In this document: positions 1-10,280 of the stretch, in pieces
How positions within the stretch are numbered: position 1 is the stretch's first letter
How the letters are laid out: each line of letters starts with the position of its first letter
Source: an uncultured bacterium
Lineage (GTDB): Bacteria; Fermentibacterota; Fermentibacteria; Fermentibacterales; JCC-6
DNA length: 42,339 nt
Reading direction: 5' to 3'
Assembly: GCA_964639605.1 (NCBI GenBank)
Contig: CAZXEF010000002.1
Span: forward strand, 1 to 42,339
Notes under the pieces: generated by a model
Told to the model about the DNA's origin: nothing
Database searches by the model: none
What the model saw: the letters and a program-made list of their open reading frames with translations, nothing else
Program-made: the position numbers and the translations under genes

Positions 1-466
1 CCGGCCGGGGGTCCCTCACGGGGGATCTTTCGAATATCTCCCTCCTCACGAAATCCCTGACAGGTTCCAGGCCTGAATCGGTATATATCGCACCTATCAC
101 AGATTCCAGGATATCGGCGGCGATGGAGCGACGGGCTCCGGGGGAAGGCACGTAACTCCTGCCCACCATGGCCAGCCTGTCAAGACCCAGCCTGATACCG
201 TGCCTGGCCAGGCTCTGCTTCTGCACGATCCTGATCTTCCGCCGGGTCAGGGCGCCCTCCTGCTCATCGGGAAACCTCTGAACGAGATACTCCCTGGTCA
301 ACAGCTCCAGAACGGCGTCACCCAGGAATTCAAGCCTCTCGTAGTCCTTCCCGGTACCGCTCCCCTCCATGAAAGAACTATGGGTGAGCGCCTTCCGGAG
401 GAGCTCGCTGTCAGTGAAGCAGTAGCCCAGCAGACCCTCCGCCTCCGGTAACGGATCACCGGCCAT
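1..466 (-). CDS. rnc: Ribonuclease III (3'-truncated by window edge)
   Basis: Absent from the ORF track because it runs off the window. Manual minus-strand translation from the ATG at 466..464 gives MAGDPLPEAEGLLGYCFTDSELLRKALTHSSF..DYERLEFLGDAVLELLTREYL..ADILESVIGAIY. ERLEFLGDA is the RNase III signature. The start lies 7 nt after the fabF stop, the usual fabF-rnc adjacency. Confidence 0.9.
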   Translation of the reverse strand, partial: MAGDPLPEAEGLLGYCFTDSELLRKALTHSSFMEGSGTGKDYERLEFLGDAVLELLTREYLVQRFPDEQEGALTRRKIRIVQKQSLARHGIRLGLDRLAMVGRSYVPSPGARRSIAADILESVIGAIYTDSGLEPVRDFVRREIFERSPVRDPRP

Positions 467-472
467 ACGAAC

Positions 473-1714
473 CTACCCGGAGTACTTTTTCAGGGTGATG
501 GTCACGTTATGGCCTCCGAAACCCAGAGAATTGGAGAGGGCGTACGTTATATCCGCCTTCCTGGCCTTGCCTGGAACATAGTCCAGGTCGCAGCCCGCAT
601 CGGGTTCCACCAGGGTGGCGGTAGGAGGGAGGATGCCTTCCCTCAGGGAGAAAGCTGTGAAAATGGCCTCCACGGCACCCGCAGCACCGAGCATGTGTCC
701 GGTGACCGACTTGGTGGAAGATACGGGGGTGCCCATGGCCTTCTCCAGTCCCAGTGCGCTCTTTATGGCTTCGGTCTCGTTAATGTCGTTGAGCTGAGTA
801 GATGTGCCGTGCGCATTAATATAGTCCACATCCGCGGGCGTTATCCCCGCATCTTCCATGGCGAGGACCATTGCCCTTGCCGATCCCTCGCCTCCCTCTG
901 CAGGGGCAGTGATGTGGTAGGCATCGCAGGTCATTCCAGCACCCACTATCTCAGCGATTATGTCCGCACCCCTGGACCTTGCATGCTCCAGTTCCTCCAT
1001 CAGGAGAACGGCGCCTCCCTCGGAAATGACGAACCCGTCCCGGTCCTTGTCGAAGGGTCTCGATGCGGTCTCCGGGTCATCATTCCTGGTGGAAAGGGCC
1101 TTCAGCTGGCAGAACCCCCCGACTCCGGTGAGGGTGATAGGGGCCTCCGAGCCTCCGGCGAGGATCGCGTCAGCCCTTCCCATCCTTATCATGTCAAGAG
1201 AAATGGCAATTGCATGGCCGCTGGTAGCACAGGCAGTGACCGTGGCTAAGTTCAGTCCCTTCGCGTTCAGGTCGATCCCAACCCTGCCGGCGGCGATGTT
1301 GCTTATCATCATCGGGCAGAAGAAGGGGTTGATCCTGCCTACACCTCTCTCCATGGCTACCTTGTGCTCATTCTCCAGTGTGGCTATCCCACCTATTCCC
1401 GACCCAATTATGACTCCAAGTCTCTCAGGCTGAACATGCCCCTCTATCTTGGACCCATAATAGGCCTCCCTGGCCGCTATCATGGCGAACTGGGCGTACC
1501 TGTCGATCCTCTTCTCCAGCTTCCTGTCGAAGTGATCCAGGGGATCGAAGTCCCTCACCTCGCCTGCTATCTGACTGGTGAACTGCTCGGGGTCTATGAG
1601 GGACATCCTTCGGATCCCGCTGATGCCTGACAGAGCATTATTCCAGCTTTCATCAGCCGTCTTGCCTACGGGTCCGATTATGCCTGTTCCGGTGATGACT
1701 ACTCGTTTGTACAT
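473..1714 (-). CDS. fabF: 3-oxoacyl-ACP synthase II (KAS II)
   Basis: 413 aa. Active-site Cys context TACATSGHAI, plus the HGTST and GHMLGAAG motifs. Sits downstream of acpP. Confidence 0.95.
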   Translation of the reverse strand: MYKRVVITGTGIIGPVGKTADESWNNALSGISGIRRMSLIDPEQFTSQIAGEVRDFDPLDHFDRKLEKRIDRYAQFAMIAAREAYYGSKIEGHVQPERLGVIIGSGIGGIATLENEHKVAMERGVGRINPFFCPMMISNIAAGRVGIDLNAKGLNLATVTACATSGHAIAISLDMIRMGRADAILAGGSEAPITLTGVGGFCQLKALSTRNDDPETASRPFDKDRDGFVISEGGAVLLMEELEHARSRGADIIAEIVGAGMTCDAYHITAPAEGGEGSARAMVLAMEDAGITPADVDYINAHGTSTQLNDINETEAIKSALGLEKAMGTPVSSTKSVTGHMLGAAGAVEAIFTAFSLREGILPPTATLVEPDAGCDLDYVPGKARKADITYALSNSLGFGGHNVTITLKKYSG

Positions 1715-1767
1715 AGAATCTGTCCCCTGTCCCTGAATTTGACGCTCAATAACCCGTTTTGCAGTAC

Positions 1768-1793
1768 CGCACCGCAGCGGTGGCTGCGGTGCG
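1768..1793 (-). promoter_or_regulatory. GC-rich intercistronic stem-loop between acpP and fabF (possible attenuator / mRNA processing-stability element)
   Basis: cgcaccgcagc-ggtg-gctgcggtgcg forms an 11-bp perfect stem with a 4-nt loop. It lies in the 100-nt acpP-fabF gap and is not followed by a clear U-run. Confidence 0.5.
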
Positions 1794-1814
1794 TCTCAAT
1801 TCCGAAATGAAAGG

Positions 1815-2054
1815 CTACTGGTCTACATCCTGTTCCCGCAGGTATTCGACGACCTTGCCCACAGTGGTGAGCTTGGTTGCCTCGTCCTCATCAATACGAA
1901 GTCCGAAGGCGTCCTCGAAACCCATGATGAGTTCGTACTGATCGATGGAATCCGCCCCAAGGTCAGTATCGAACTGAGCTTCCATTGTGACCTGCTCGGG
2001 TTTCACTCCAAGCTTATCGATTATGATCTCGGTTACACGGCTTTCAAGAGACAT
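1815..2054 (-). CDS. acpP: Acyl carrier protein
   Basis: 79 aa, acidic. DLGADSID phosphopantetheine-attachment Ser motif. Located between fabG and fabF. Confidence 0.95.
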   Translation of the reverse strand: MSLESRVTEIIIDKLGVKPEQVTMEAQFDTDLGADSIDQYELIMGFEDAFGLRIDEDEATKLTTVGKVVEYLREQDVDQ

Positions 2055-2068
2055 AGTCTATTCCTTTC

Positions 2069-2791
2069 TCAGGTTGTCAGTCCACCATCTACCGGGATTA
2101 CTACTCCGGTAATATAAGAAGAAACATCTTCAAGAAGAAAATGTACGGCGTCGGCAACGCTTTCCGGCTGTCCCATCCGGTTCATCGGAACCCTTCCGGC
2201 GTAGTCTTCCCTTACTTTGTCGGGAAGTTCACGGGTCATCTCGGTCTCTATGAAACCCGGAGCTATGGCGTTCACCCTTATGTTCCTGCCTGCGAACTCA
2301 CGGGCCAGGGCTCTGGTCAGACCCAGCAGACCTGCCTTGGTGGATGCGTAGTTGGCCTGCCCCGACGCCCCCAGGATAGCTACTACTGAGGAGATGTTGA
2401 CTATCGAGCCCTCCTTCTGCCGCAGCATTGCCCTGGAGAAGGCCCTGCACATCAGGAAGGCCCCGGTGAGATTCACCGACAGGACGGAGTCCCAGTCCGA
2501 TCTGCTCATGCGCATGAGCAGCCCGTCACGTGTAATGCCGGCATTGTTCACCAGGCCGAACACCGATCCAAGCTCCTTCTCTATTCTTCCGGCTGTTTCA
2601 GCCACAGCCTCCTCGTTTGTGACATCAAGTAGCCAGGGACTGAAACCGCCGCCCAGTCTCTCAGCCGCCCTGTCCAGGTCTTCCTGGAGAATATCACACC
2701 CCGCAACGGACCATCCGGACTCCACCAGCTTCTTTGAAATGGAGTACCCTATTCCCCTGGCGGCACCTGTTACAACTGCAAGTCTGTTCAA
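2069..2791 (-). CDS. fabG: 3-oxoacyl-ACP reductase (SDR)
   Basis: 240 aa. TGAARGIG cofactor motif, NNAGI, and YASTKAG catalytic Tyr-x3-Lys. fab operon context. Confidence 0.9.
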   Translation of the reverse strand: MNRLAVVTGAARGIGYSISKKLVESGWSVAGCDILQEDLDRAAERLGGGFSPWLLDVTNEEAVAETAGRIEKELGSVFGLVNNAGITRDGLLMRMSRSDWDSVLSVNLTGAFLMCRAFSRAMLRQKEGSIVNISSVVAILGASGQANYASTKAGLLGLTRALAREFAGRNIRVNAIAPGFIETEMTRELPDKVREDYAGRVPMNRMGQPESVADAVHFLLEDVSSYITGVVIPVDGGLTT

Positions 2792-2807
2792 TTCAACCCC
2801 TCCGTGA

Positions 2808-3791
2808 TTACCAGTGCAGTATCATACCGCCCCAGGTCAGTCCCGCGCCGAATGCCGCAAGGACAACGGTGCTGGATTCCTTGATGACATCACTCCTGTA
2901 AGCCTCGTCAAGGGCTATGGGAATCGAGGCCGCCGATGTGTTCCCATATTTCTGGATGTTTATATACACCTGCTCGGGTTCAAGCTCAAGGGCCCTCGCA
3001 GTGGCGTCGATTATTCTGAGATTCGCCTGGTGGGAGATGAGGAGATCGACATCCTTCTTCTCGGTCCCGTCCTGCTTCAGGGCCTTCATACATGAGTCAT
3101 GCATGGCCCTGACAGCGTGCTTGAATATTCGGGCGCCGTTCATGAAGATAGTATGCTCGTTCCTGTCCACGGTCCCATGTGAGGCGGGATTCTTCGATCC
3201 TCCGCCGATCTGCATCAGGTGCTCTCCCAGGGAACCATCGCTTCCCCAGTGCCAGCCTCCCAGCCTTCCGCCGGGACCCTTCGAGGAAATGGCCACCGCA
3301 CCGGCACCATCACCGAAAAGGATGCAGCTTCCTCTGTCATCCCAGTTGGTGATCTTCGTCAGGCAGTCCACCCCTACGACTATCATCCTGTCCATGATAC
3401 CTGATTCGATGAACGCCTTTCCCTGGATCAGGCCGTATATGAACGCAGTGCATCCCGCCTCGAAATCGTAGGCCGGGATCTTCCCCATATCCAGTCTGTC
3501 GGCCACCAGGGCCGCGGTGGAGGGGAAGGGGTAATCCGGGGTTACCGTACCGACTATGATCCCCTGAACGTCCCTGGGCTTCCATCCCGCCATTTCCATG
3601 GCGTTCTGGACCGCAACGCTCACAAGGTCGGATGAAGCGGTAGAGCCCTCGACCTTCCTTCGCTCCTTGATCCCAGTCCTTGTGGTGATCCATTCATCGG
3701 ATGTCTCGACTATCTTTTCCATATCGGCATTGGTCACCACGTGTTCCGGTACATGATGGCCGGTTCCGACAATGTAGGCGTTCCTGCTCAC
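2808..3791 (-). CDS. fabH: 3-oxoacyl-ACP synthase III (KAS III)
   Basis: 327 aa. EAGCTAF (Cys), HQANLRI (His) and GNTSAASIP (Asn) catalytic-triad contexts. Confidence 0.93.
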   Translation of the reverse strand: MSRNAYIVGTGHHVPEHVVTNADMEKIVETSDEWITTRTGIKERRKVEGSTASSDLVSVAVQNAMEMAGWKPRDVQGIIVGTVTPDYPFPSTAALVADRLDMGKIPAYDFEAGCTAFIYGLIQGKAFIESGIMDRMIVVGVDCLTKITNWDDRGSCILFGDGAGAVAISSKGPGGRLGGWHWGSDGSLGEHLMQIGGGSKNPASHGTVDRNEHTIFMNGARIFKHAVRAMHDSCMKALKQDGTEKKDVDLLISHQANLRIIDATARALELEPEQVYINIQKYGNTSAASIPIALDEAYRSDVIKESSTVVLAAFGAGLTWGGMILHW

Positions 3792-3804
3792 CGTTTCTCC
3801 AATC

Positions 3805-4830
3805 TCAGGTTGTAGGACTCTGGATTTCCTGCCGTATCCTCTCGCTTACCCCGCTGCGATAGAAGTCGCATGCGGCTACCACGGCATTCTGAATGGCCTT
3901 GGCCGTACTGCTGCCGTGAGCTACGATGGATACACCGTTCAGCCCCAGAAGGGGCGCCCCTCCATATTCTGCGGAATCAAGTCTTTCCCATAGCTTCGAG
4001 AAGGAATGCCTCATAAGAAGGTATCCGGCCCTTGAAGCCCAGTGCCGCCTCATCTCCAGGTACAGCGAACCACCAACGAGATCGGCTATGGACTCGAAAG
4101 TCTTGAGGAGGATGTTCCCCACGAAGCCGTCGCATATGACCACATCAGCCTCGCCCTTCAGTATCCCGTCACCTTCTATGTTGCCTGTGAAATTGAGGGA
4201 GGAATCCTCCAGCATTCCGTAGAGGCTCTGAAGGACAGACGGGCCCTTTGTCCGTTCATGGCCGACGTTCAGGACCATGATCCTTGGATTCTCGATGTCG
4301 AACACACACCTGGAATAGGCTTCACCCATTATAGCGAACTGGAAGAGCTGTTTCTCGTTGCATCCGACATTGGCCCCCACGTCCAGTATCACGGTGGGGT
4401 TGTTCTGTGTGGGGACGGTCCCTGCAATGGCAGGCCTGGGAATTCCTTCAATCCGGCCCAGAGCGAATAGGCTGGCCGCCATTATGGCGCCTGTGTTGCC
4501 CGGACTTACCATGGCCTGGACAAGCCCCATCTTCTGCAATCCGGCCATTACCACCAGCGAGCTGTCCGGTTTGTTCTTGAGAGCCTCCGCAGGGTGATCG
4601 TACATGGTTATGACCTGGGAGGCGTGCTGGATCGAGATGGGCAGTTTCGCCCCCCCGCTTCGTGACAGGAGCCTGGACAGAATGTCCCTGTCACCCACCA
4701 GTGTAACCTTGACGCCCTCGGTCATGGTCCTGGTGCAGTCACGGAAGAACTTCACTACGCCATTGACCACCACGGAGGGACCGTTGTCCCCCCCCATTGC
4801 GTCTACGGCGATATTCAGACTATTCGGCAA
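3805..4830 (-). CDS. plsX: Phosphate acyltransferase PlsX
   Basis: 341 aa. N-terminal IAVDAMGGDNGP motif. Canonical rpmF-plsX-fabH order. Confidence 0.93.
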   Translation of the reverse strand: MPNSLNIAVDAMGGDNGPSVVVNGVVKFFRDCTRTMTEGVKVTLVGDRDILSRLLSRSGGAKLPISIQHASQVITMYDHPAEALKNKPDSSLVVMAGLQKMGLVQAMVSPGNTGAIMAASLFALGRIEGIPRPAIAGTVPTQNNPTVILDVGANVGCNEKQLFQFAIMGEAYSRCVFDIENPRIMVLNVGHERTKGPSVLQSLYGMLEDSSLNFTGNIEGDGILKGEADVVICDGFVGNILLKTFESIADLVGGSLYLEMRRHWASRAGYLLMRHSFSKLWERLDSAEYGGAPLLGLNGVSIVAHGSSTAKAIQNAVVAACDFYRSGVSERIRQEIQSPTT

Positions 4831-4875
4831 ATGCAGGACCAGCCCTTCCAGTTGCGGGAACGGTCAGCAGGATGC

Positions 4876-5058
4876 TTACTCCACTTCCGGTTCGGTAACC
4901 TGTTTCCCATTGTAGAAACCGCAGTGCTTGCATACCCTGTGGGGCAGCCTGGGCTCACCGCACTGGGGACAGTTGCTGGTGGACTTCTCCTGCAGGGCAT
5001 CGTTGGCCCTTCGCTTGTCTCTTCTCGTGGACGAGTGTCTTCTTTTAGGTACGGGCAT
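4876..5058 (-). CDS. rpmF: 50S ribosomal protein L32
   Basis: 60 aa. MPVPKRRHSSTRRDKRR N-terminus and a CPQCG..CKHCG zinc ribbon. AAGGAG Shine-Dalgarno sequence just upstream. Confidence 0.95.
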   Translation of the reverse strand: MPVPKRRHSSTRRDKRRANDALQEKSTSNCPQCGEPRLPHRVCKHCGFYNGKQVTEPEVE

Positions 5059-5137
5059 GGCTCCTTCTCTTCCTTGAAACTTGTGTTTAAGAACTAGGTA
5101 CTTGCAAATGGATTTGATTCAACAACCCGGAATATAC

Positions 5138-5566
5138 CTAATTATAATCTATTCCGGGACAGTCGGCAGAGCACAGCGGTTTACCCGGCACGGAAAGCAC
5201 TACGGCTTCCCTCACCGCATCCAGCAGATCCAGCAATCCGGTGTCAGGTATGAACTCGATATCCTCATGATCTGAAGGATCCGGGACCCAGGTATACTTG
5301 CGGAGTATTCCCTCGCTGACGCTGAAATGAACGGGCTTCAGACATCTGGCGCAGGGTGTGCTGAAGCTGGTGTCAAACCTTCCGATGCAGGTGACGGTTC
5401 CCTCTTCCAGGTCGACGGAGAGATGGAGGGTGCCTGTGTCGTCTGCAGGTTCAGCTTCATCCAGTGACCAGTCCACGCTTTTCATGGGAATCTCGAAAAT
5501 CCCGGTGTTCACCCCTCCGGACAGGCTCCTGAGGTCAAGGACAAGGGTTGAAGTGTCGAGGTTCAT
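5138..5566 (-). CDS. yceD: YceD/DUF177 family protein (large-subunit rRNA accumulation protein-like)
   Basis: 142 aa, acidic, with a CARCL..C metal-binding-like motif. Conserved position immediately upstream of rpmF. Confidence 0.8.
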   Translation of the reverse strand: MNLDTSTLVLDLRSLSGGVNTGIFEIPMKSVDWSLDEAEPADDTGTLHLSVDLEEGTVTCIGRFDTSFSTPCARCLKPVHFSVSEGILRKYTWVPDPSDHEDIEFIPDTGLLDLLDAVREAVVLSVPGKPLCSADCPGIDYN

Positions 5567-6966
5567 GATCCCTCCGTCACATCGTCAAAGTCCGTCGTGA
5601 TCCTGTCAAGCAGAATGTCACGGCGCTCCGGCGAATCCGACTGAGCGTAGATCCTGGCTATAGGTTCGGTCCCGGACAGCCTTATCAGTATCCAGTCACC
5701 GTTGGAGAGAATCAGCCTGACACCGTCGGTACGGTCCACGGAAAGGACTTCCCGGCCGGCTATACTGCCCGGTACCGAATCAAAGAAGTTCTCCCTGATG
5801 AAATCCCTCAGGACGGGAGCAAGGCCTATGTCCACCCTGGACACGAATACCCTTCCGTGATCCCGCCAGAGGTCTTCCAGCTGTTCACCGAGTCCCCTGC
5901 CGGAGGAGCAGACCATCTCGGCTGCCAAAAGGCAGGCCAGTATTCCGTCCTTCTCAGGTATGTGGCCAGCTATGGACAGACCGCCGCTCTCCTCACCGGC
6001 AAGCAGGACCCCGCCCTTCAGCATCTCGGCACCAAGGTACTTGAACCCAACGGGAGTGATCACGGTCTCGAGCCCGTGGAAAGATGCCACCCTGTCCAGA
6101 AGGCTGCCGGTGGTCACCGATCTGACGACCTTTCCGGTGAAGCCCCTGACCGAGACAAGGTAATCAAGCAGAAGGGGCAGAAAATCATGGGGGGAAATAA
6201 AAACGCCGTTCTCGTCAACAATACCGAACCGGTCGGCATCACCGTCAGTGGCAACACCCAGGGAAGCGCCGCTGGCAATGACCTGTTGCGAAAGGTCAAC
6301 GGTTCCGCTCTCGCCGGGTTCCGGGTGCTCCCTGCCGGCAAAGAGGGGGTCTCTCACAGCGTTGAGGACCCTTACTGAACCGCCGAGATCCACAAGTATC
6401 CTGTCAAGCAGGCCGGAACCAGTTCCTGAGAACGCATCGTATACAACCTTGAGACCACTCCCGGCAAAGGCATCGGTGTTCAGGTACCGCAGTACGTCCT
6501 CTGTATAATCACAATTCAGGTCCCTGCTGGTGACCGACCCCTTTCCCCTCTGCGGCCGTTCCTCCGATTCGATCATCCCCTCTATTGCAGATGTCATCCC
6601 TCCATCGGCAGGGCCACCGTGCCAGGGGCTGAACTTGATGCCGTTGTAGAGAGGTGGATTGTGGCTGGCAGTGAAGTTTATGATGCCTCCGTATCCATTC
6701 TTCCTGCAGGCGTGGGAAAGCACGGGTGTTGGACATGGACCCTTTGAAAGCGTCACGTGAAAGCCGAAACCCGACATTCTCTCCGCTGTTGACTGGGACA
6801 GCTCCGGGGAAAGGAACCTGCAGTCACCGCCCACGACAAGGGTATTCCTTCCCTGGCGCTGAAGCAGAACCGCGATGGCGTCCGCCACACGCTCCACCCT
6901 TTCCCAGGTGAACTCCCTGGCGATTATGCCTCTCCAGCCCGAGGTTCCGAACCGTATCCGCATCAA
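5563..6966 (-). CDS. Phosphoglucomutase/phosphomannomutase family protein
   Basis: 467 aa. FGTSGWRG N-terminus, TASHNP phosphoserine loop and DGDADR Mg-binding loop. 4-nt overlaps with both neighbours. Confidence 0.88.
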   Translation of the reverse strand: MMRIRFGTSGWRGIIAREFTWERVERVADAIAVLLQRQGRNTLVVGGDCRFLSPELSQSTAERMSGFGFHVTLSKGPCPTPVLSHACRKNGYGGIINFTASHNPPLYNGIKFSPWHGGPADGGMTSAIEGMIESEERPQRGKGSVTSRDLNCDYTEDVLRYLNTDAFAGSGLKVVYDAFSGTGSGLLDRILVDLGGSVRVLNAVRDPLFAGREHPEPGESGTVDLSQQVIASGASLGVATDGDADRFGIVDENGVFISPHDFLPLLLDYLVSVRGFTGKVVRSVTTGSLLDRVASFHGLETVITPVGFKYLGAEMLKGGVLLAGEESGGLSIAGHIPEKDGILACLLAAEMVCSSGRGLGEQLEDLWRDHGRVFVSRVDIGLAPVLRDFIRENFFDSVPGSIAGREVLSVDRTDGVRLILSNGDWILIRLSGTEPIARIYAQSDSPERRDILLDRITTDFDDVTEGS

Positions 6967-8444
6967 GCCCCTTCCCGAATGTACAGGAGGGCCCTCTGGA
7001 TACCATCGTCATGCGGGGTCATCATCCTGTAGTACATCTCACGGTCCCAAACCCTGGCGGCTATCTCAGCGAAGAGGGCGTTCTCGATGTAGGATATATT
7101 GTCAGTGAACTCACCTTCCTCCCATTCGAAACCCTGATCGATTAGGTACTGTCTGAAGTCCGACAGGGCCGAGCTGTCGGGCCAGAAATCCTCCTGAATA
7201 TCGTTCTCCAGCACGTATTCGGTGGCAAAACTGAAGAAGACGGAGCCCAGGTAGAGCTCTGCCGGGAGCGAGCCTGACAGTTCCTGGGATTCCAGCTCTA
7301 TGTCAGGGACTATTCCCCAGGTGGCCAGGGAATCCGGCAGCTCCTCACCGTTCATGTAGTCATCCTCCAGGGTCCTGTCTATGCTGCTGCCGCTGGGAGT
7401 GTAGTACCGTGCCGTGGTCAGCTTGACACCGTAGTGCCCGAGGTTCGGGAACTCCCCCAGGTCCATCAGTGTCTGTACTGAACCCTTTCCATAGGTCCTG
7501 CTGCCTATGAGGACGGCAACTCCGTTGTCCTGGAGGGCACCGGCCAGTATCTCCGATGAGCTGGCGCTTCCGCCGTCCACCAGAAGGATGATCTGGCCGC
7601 TGAACATGGCGCCCTTTGACGTGTAGTAATTGTCTTCCCCCACAGCATTGCCCCTTGTGGATACAACAAGCGTCCCCGCGGGAAGGAAGAAATCCGCCAC
7701 CTCGACTGCTGCCGAGAAGAGACCCCCTGCATTGCCCCTGATATCAATTATCAGATTTCTTACGTCCTGTTCTCCGAGGTCCTGAAGGGCATTCTGCACT
7801 TCCTTCGCTGTCTCCTCGCCAAAGCGGGAGAGACGTAGGTATCCCGTTTCATCATCGATCATGAAGGACGCATTGACGGAGGGAAGATCGATAACATCCC
7901 TTTCGATCCTGAAGGATAGAGAGTCCGAAAGCCCCGGACGCACCACGGTCAGATCCACGGTGCTGCCCCTGGGTCCCCTTATCTTCATCACCGCTTCAGT
8001 AGTGGTGATGCCATCCGTTGATTCCCCGTCGATCTCCACGATCCTGTCACCGGCCTTCATTCCCGCCCTGAACGCAGGAGTGCCCTCCACAGGGGAGATC
8101 ACGGTGAGCCAGTCATGCCTTATCCCTATGGTTATCCCTACTCCCTCGAAGGAACCTGAAAGCTGTATCCGCAGGTTCTCGTAATCCTCGGGGCTGAGAA
8201 GGACGCTGTTGGGGTCCAGTGATCCCAGCATCCCCCTCAGGGCGGCCTCTATCAGTTCCTGGGAGTCCACCGAATCCACGTACGTCACGGAGGTCCTGGA
8301 GAAGACATCCATGAAAAGCTCCAGTGAGGAATTGGTGGTGACGGCATCGTATGCCGTGGCGGAGGGAAGCAGCATGAGCCCGCCGGTCACCAGGAGTCCG
8401 GCGGCAAGTAATACGGTTACCCATCCCGGCAGGAATTTTTTCAT
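6963..8444 (-). CDS. ctpA: Carboxy-terminal processing peptidase, S41 family, with PDZ domain
   Basis: 493 aa. Signal anchor, PDZ-like GITI..V.EGTPA..AG...GD.I..IDG, then GGSASSSEILAGALQD (Ser) and TYGKGSVQ (Lys). Confidence 0.88.
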   Translation of the reverse strand: MKKFLPGWVTVLLAAGLLVTGGLMLLPSATAYDAVTTNSSLELFMDVFSRTSVTYVDSVDSQELIEAALRGMLGSLDPNSVLLSPEDYENLRIQLSGSFEGVGITIGIRHDWLTVISPVEGTPAFRAGMKAGDRIVEIDGESTDGITTTEAVMKIRGPRGSTVDLTVVRPGLSDSLSFRIERDVIDLPSVNASFMIDDETGYLRLSRFGEETAKEVQNALQDLGEQDVRNLIIDIRGNAGGLFSAAVEVADFFLPAGTLVVSTRGNAVGEDNYYTSKGAMFSGQIILLVDGGSASSSEILAGALQDNGVAVLIGSRTYGKGSVQTLMDLGEFPNLGHYGVKLTTARYYTPSGSSIDRTLEDDYMNGEELPDSLATWGIVPDIELESQELSGSLPAELYLGSVFFSFATEYVLENDIQEDFWPDSSALSDFRQYLIDQGFEWEEGEFTDNISYIENALFAEIAARVWDREMYYRMMTPHDDGIQRALLYIREGA

Positions 8445-9103
8445 CGTTCTTCTCCTCCGATGTCTGTGATCAAGGCCATGACCCTGTCCTTTATAATCGC
8501 ATCCTGAAGATCAGGTTCCCCGGATGCGTCAATCACCAGGTACCTGTGCCTCTCCTCATCGGCCAGCTGAAGGTACTTGTTCCTGACCCTCCGGTGGAAA
8601 CCGATCTCCTCCTGCTCGATCCTGTCCCTCTCCCTGCCCTGTCTCTGCAGTCTCCTGAAACCAAGCTCCGGATCCAGGTCGAGGATTATCACAAGGTCCG
8701 GGACAAGTCCTCCCGTGGCCAGGCGGTCGGCATCCCTTACAGGAACCTCCGGAAGACCCCTCCCCCCTATCTGATATGCGAAAGTGGCATCGGAGAACCT
8801 CTCGCACACCACATTCACACCCTGTTCAAGGGCAGGTCTTATCACGAGGTCGACATTGGAGGCCCTGGAAGCAAGGTAGAGCATGAGTTCCGTAAGTGGG
8901 GTCACTGTAAGCTCAGGGTCGAGAAGGATCGACCTGATCCTCTCCGAGACTCTCGGTCCTCCGGGTTCGCGGGTGTGCACCACCGGAATGCCGCCGTTCT
9001 CCAGGATTTCAATCAGTCTTCGGCAACGGGTGGATTTGCCGGCCCCCTCAACTCCCTCGAAAGTGATGAAGCGTCCGGAATGGCCGGCATCTCGGATATT
9101 CAA
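8441..9103 (-). CDS. tmk: Thymidylate kinase
   Basis: 220 aa. FITFEGVEGAGKST P-loop and the TREPGG motif. Confidence 0.92.
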   Translation of the reverse strand: MNIRDAGHSGRFITFEGVEGAGKSTRCRRLIEILENGGIPVVHTREPGGPRVSERIRSILLDPELTVTPLTELMLYLASRASNVDLVIRPALEQGVNVVCERFSDATFAYQIGGRGLPEVPVRDADRLATGGLVPDLVIILDLDPELGFRRLQRQGRERDRIEQEEIGFHRRVRNKYLQLADEERHRYLVIDASGEPDLQDAIIKDRVMALITDIGGEER

Positions 9104-9106
9104 GAC

Positions 9107-10228
9107 CTATTTCTTAGGCTTCTGCTCCGAAGCCTTCTTCTCCTGCTTGTTCTGATGGTACTTCTCGATGAAATCCTCGGTTATCCTTCTGCACTCGTCA
9201 TCGTAGTACTGGACAGGCGGAGATTTGAAGAAGTAGGATGAGGGAGCTTCTATGGCTCCCGTAAGGCCATTGTCCAGGGCCAGCTTAGCGCACCGAACCG
9301 CATCGATGATGACACCCGCGGAGTTGGGGCTGTCGATCACTTCCAGCTTCGCCTCTATGGTCAGGGGAACTTCGCCGAAACTGGTGCCTTCCATTCGGAT
9401 ATAGCACCACTTCCTGTCATCCAGCCACTCAATGTAGTCGCTGGGACCGATGTGAACGTTCCTCGGAGCAAGACCGCCGGGGAGCTGTGATGTGACAGCG
9501 TTGGTCTTGGAGATCTTCTTGCTCTCGAGCCTCTCCCTTTCCAGCATGTTGAGGAAATCCGTGTTGCCTCCGACGTTGAGCTGGTAGGTCCTGTCCAGCC
9601 TTACGCCCCTGTCCTCGTACAGGCGGGTCATGACACGGTGAAGGATGGTGGCGCCCACCTGGCTCTTAATGTCGTCGCCCATGACGGGAAGGCCCCTGTC
9701 GCGGAATCTCTTCTGCCAGTAGGCCTCACCCGCTATGAACACCGGAATGGCGTTCACGAAGGCGCACCCGGCATCGAGTATCTGCTCCACATACCACTTG
9801 GTGGCCTCTTCGCTTCCCACCGGAAGGTAGCTTACCACCACGTCTGTCTTGGTCTCCTTCAGGATGCCCACGATGTCCGAAGTGGGACCCGGGGCCTTCT
9901 TGATGACTTCTTTGAGGTACTTGCCCAGCCCGTCATGGGTCATTCCCCTGTTGACCTTGACCCCGATCTTCGGAACGTCGCAGATCTTGACGGTGCAGTT
10001 CGGGGCGGCGAATATGGCTTCGCTGAGGTCCTTGCCGACCTTGGTAATGTTGATGTCGAAGGCGGCGGAGAACTCAATGTCACTGACATGATATCCACCA
10101 AGGTTCACGTGCATTAGTCCCGGGACCTTCTCCGTGTCTTTGGCGTTCCGGTAGAACTCGACACCCTGGATAAGGCTGCTTGCGCAGTTCCCGACACCGA
10201 TTATCGCAACTCTCACTTTCTTGGACAT
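9107..10228 (-). CDS. ino1: myo-Inositol-1-phosphate (inositol-3-phosphate) synthase
   Basis: 373 aa. N-terminal [18 protein letters not shown] Rossmann motif. Overall resemblance to the short bacterial/archaeal MIPS family. GGGAGG Shine-Dalgarno sequence upstream. Confidence 0.85.
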   Translation of the reverse strand: MSKKVRVAIIGVGNCASSLIQGVEFYRNAKDTEKVPGLMHVNLGGYHVSDIEFSAAFDINITKVGKDLSEAIFAAPNCTVKICDVPKIGVKVNRGMTHDGLGKYLKEVIKKAPGPTSDIVGILKETKTDVVVSYLPVGSEEATKWYVEQILDAGCAFVNAIPVFIAGEAYWQKRFRDRGLPVMGDDIKSQVGATILHRVMTRLYEDRGVRLDRTYQLNVGGNTDFLNMLERERLESKKISKTNAVTSQLPGGLAPRNVHIGPSDYIEWLDDRKWCYIRMEGTSFGEVPLTIEAKLEVIDSPNSAGVIIDAVRCAKLALDNGLTGAIEAPSSYFFKSPPVQYYDDECRRITEDFIEKYHQNKQEKKASEQKPKK

Positions 10229-10280
10229 TCGTATCCTCCCTGAAGGGATTTGACCAGTTAATAAACGGCCTGCGGAGGGA

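Noticed and set aside
200-451. 83-aa plus-strand ORF at the window start
   Set aside because: It is antisense to the clearly recognisable partial rnc gene.
5059-5146. TATAAT hexamer at the yceD 3' end as a possible rpmF promoter
   Set aside because: The -10 match is perfect, but no credible -35 element lies at 16-18 bp, and the genes are probably co-transcribed. The evidence is too weak to annotate.
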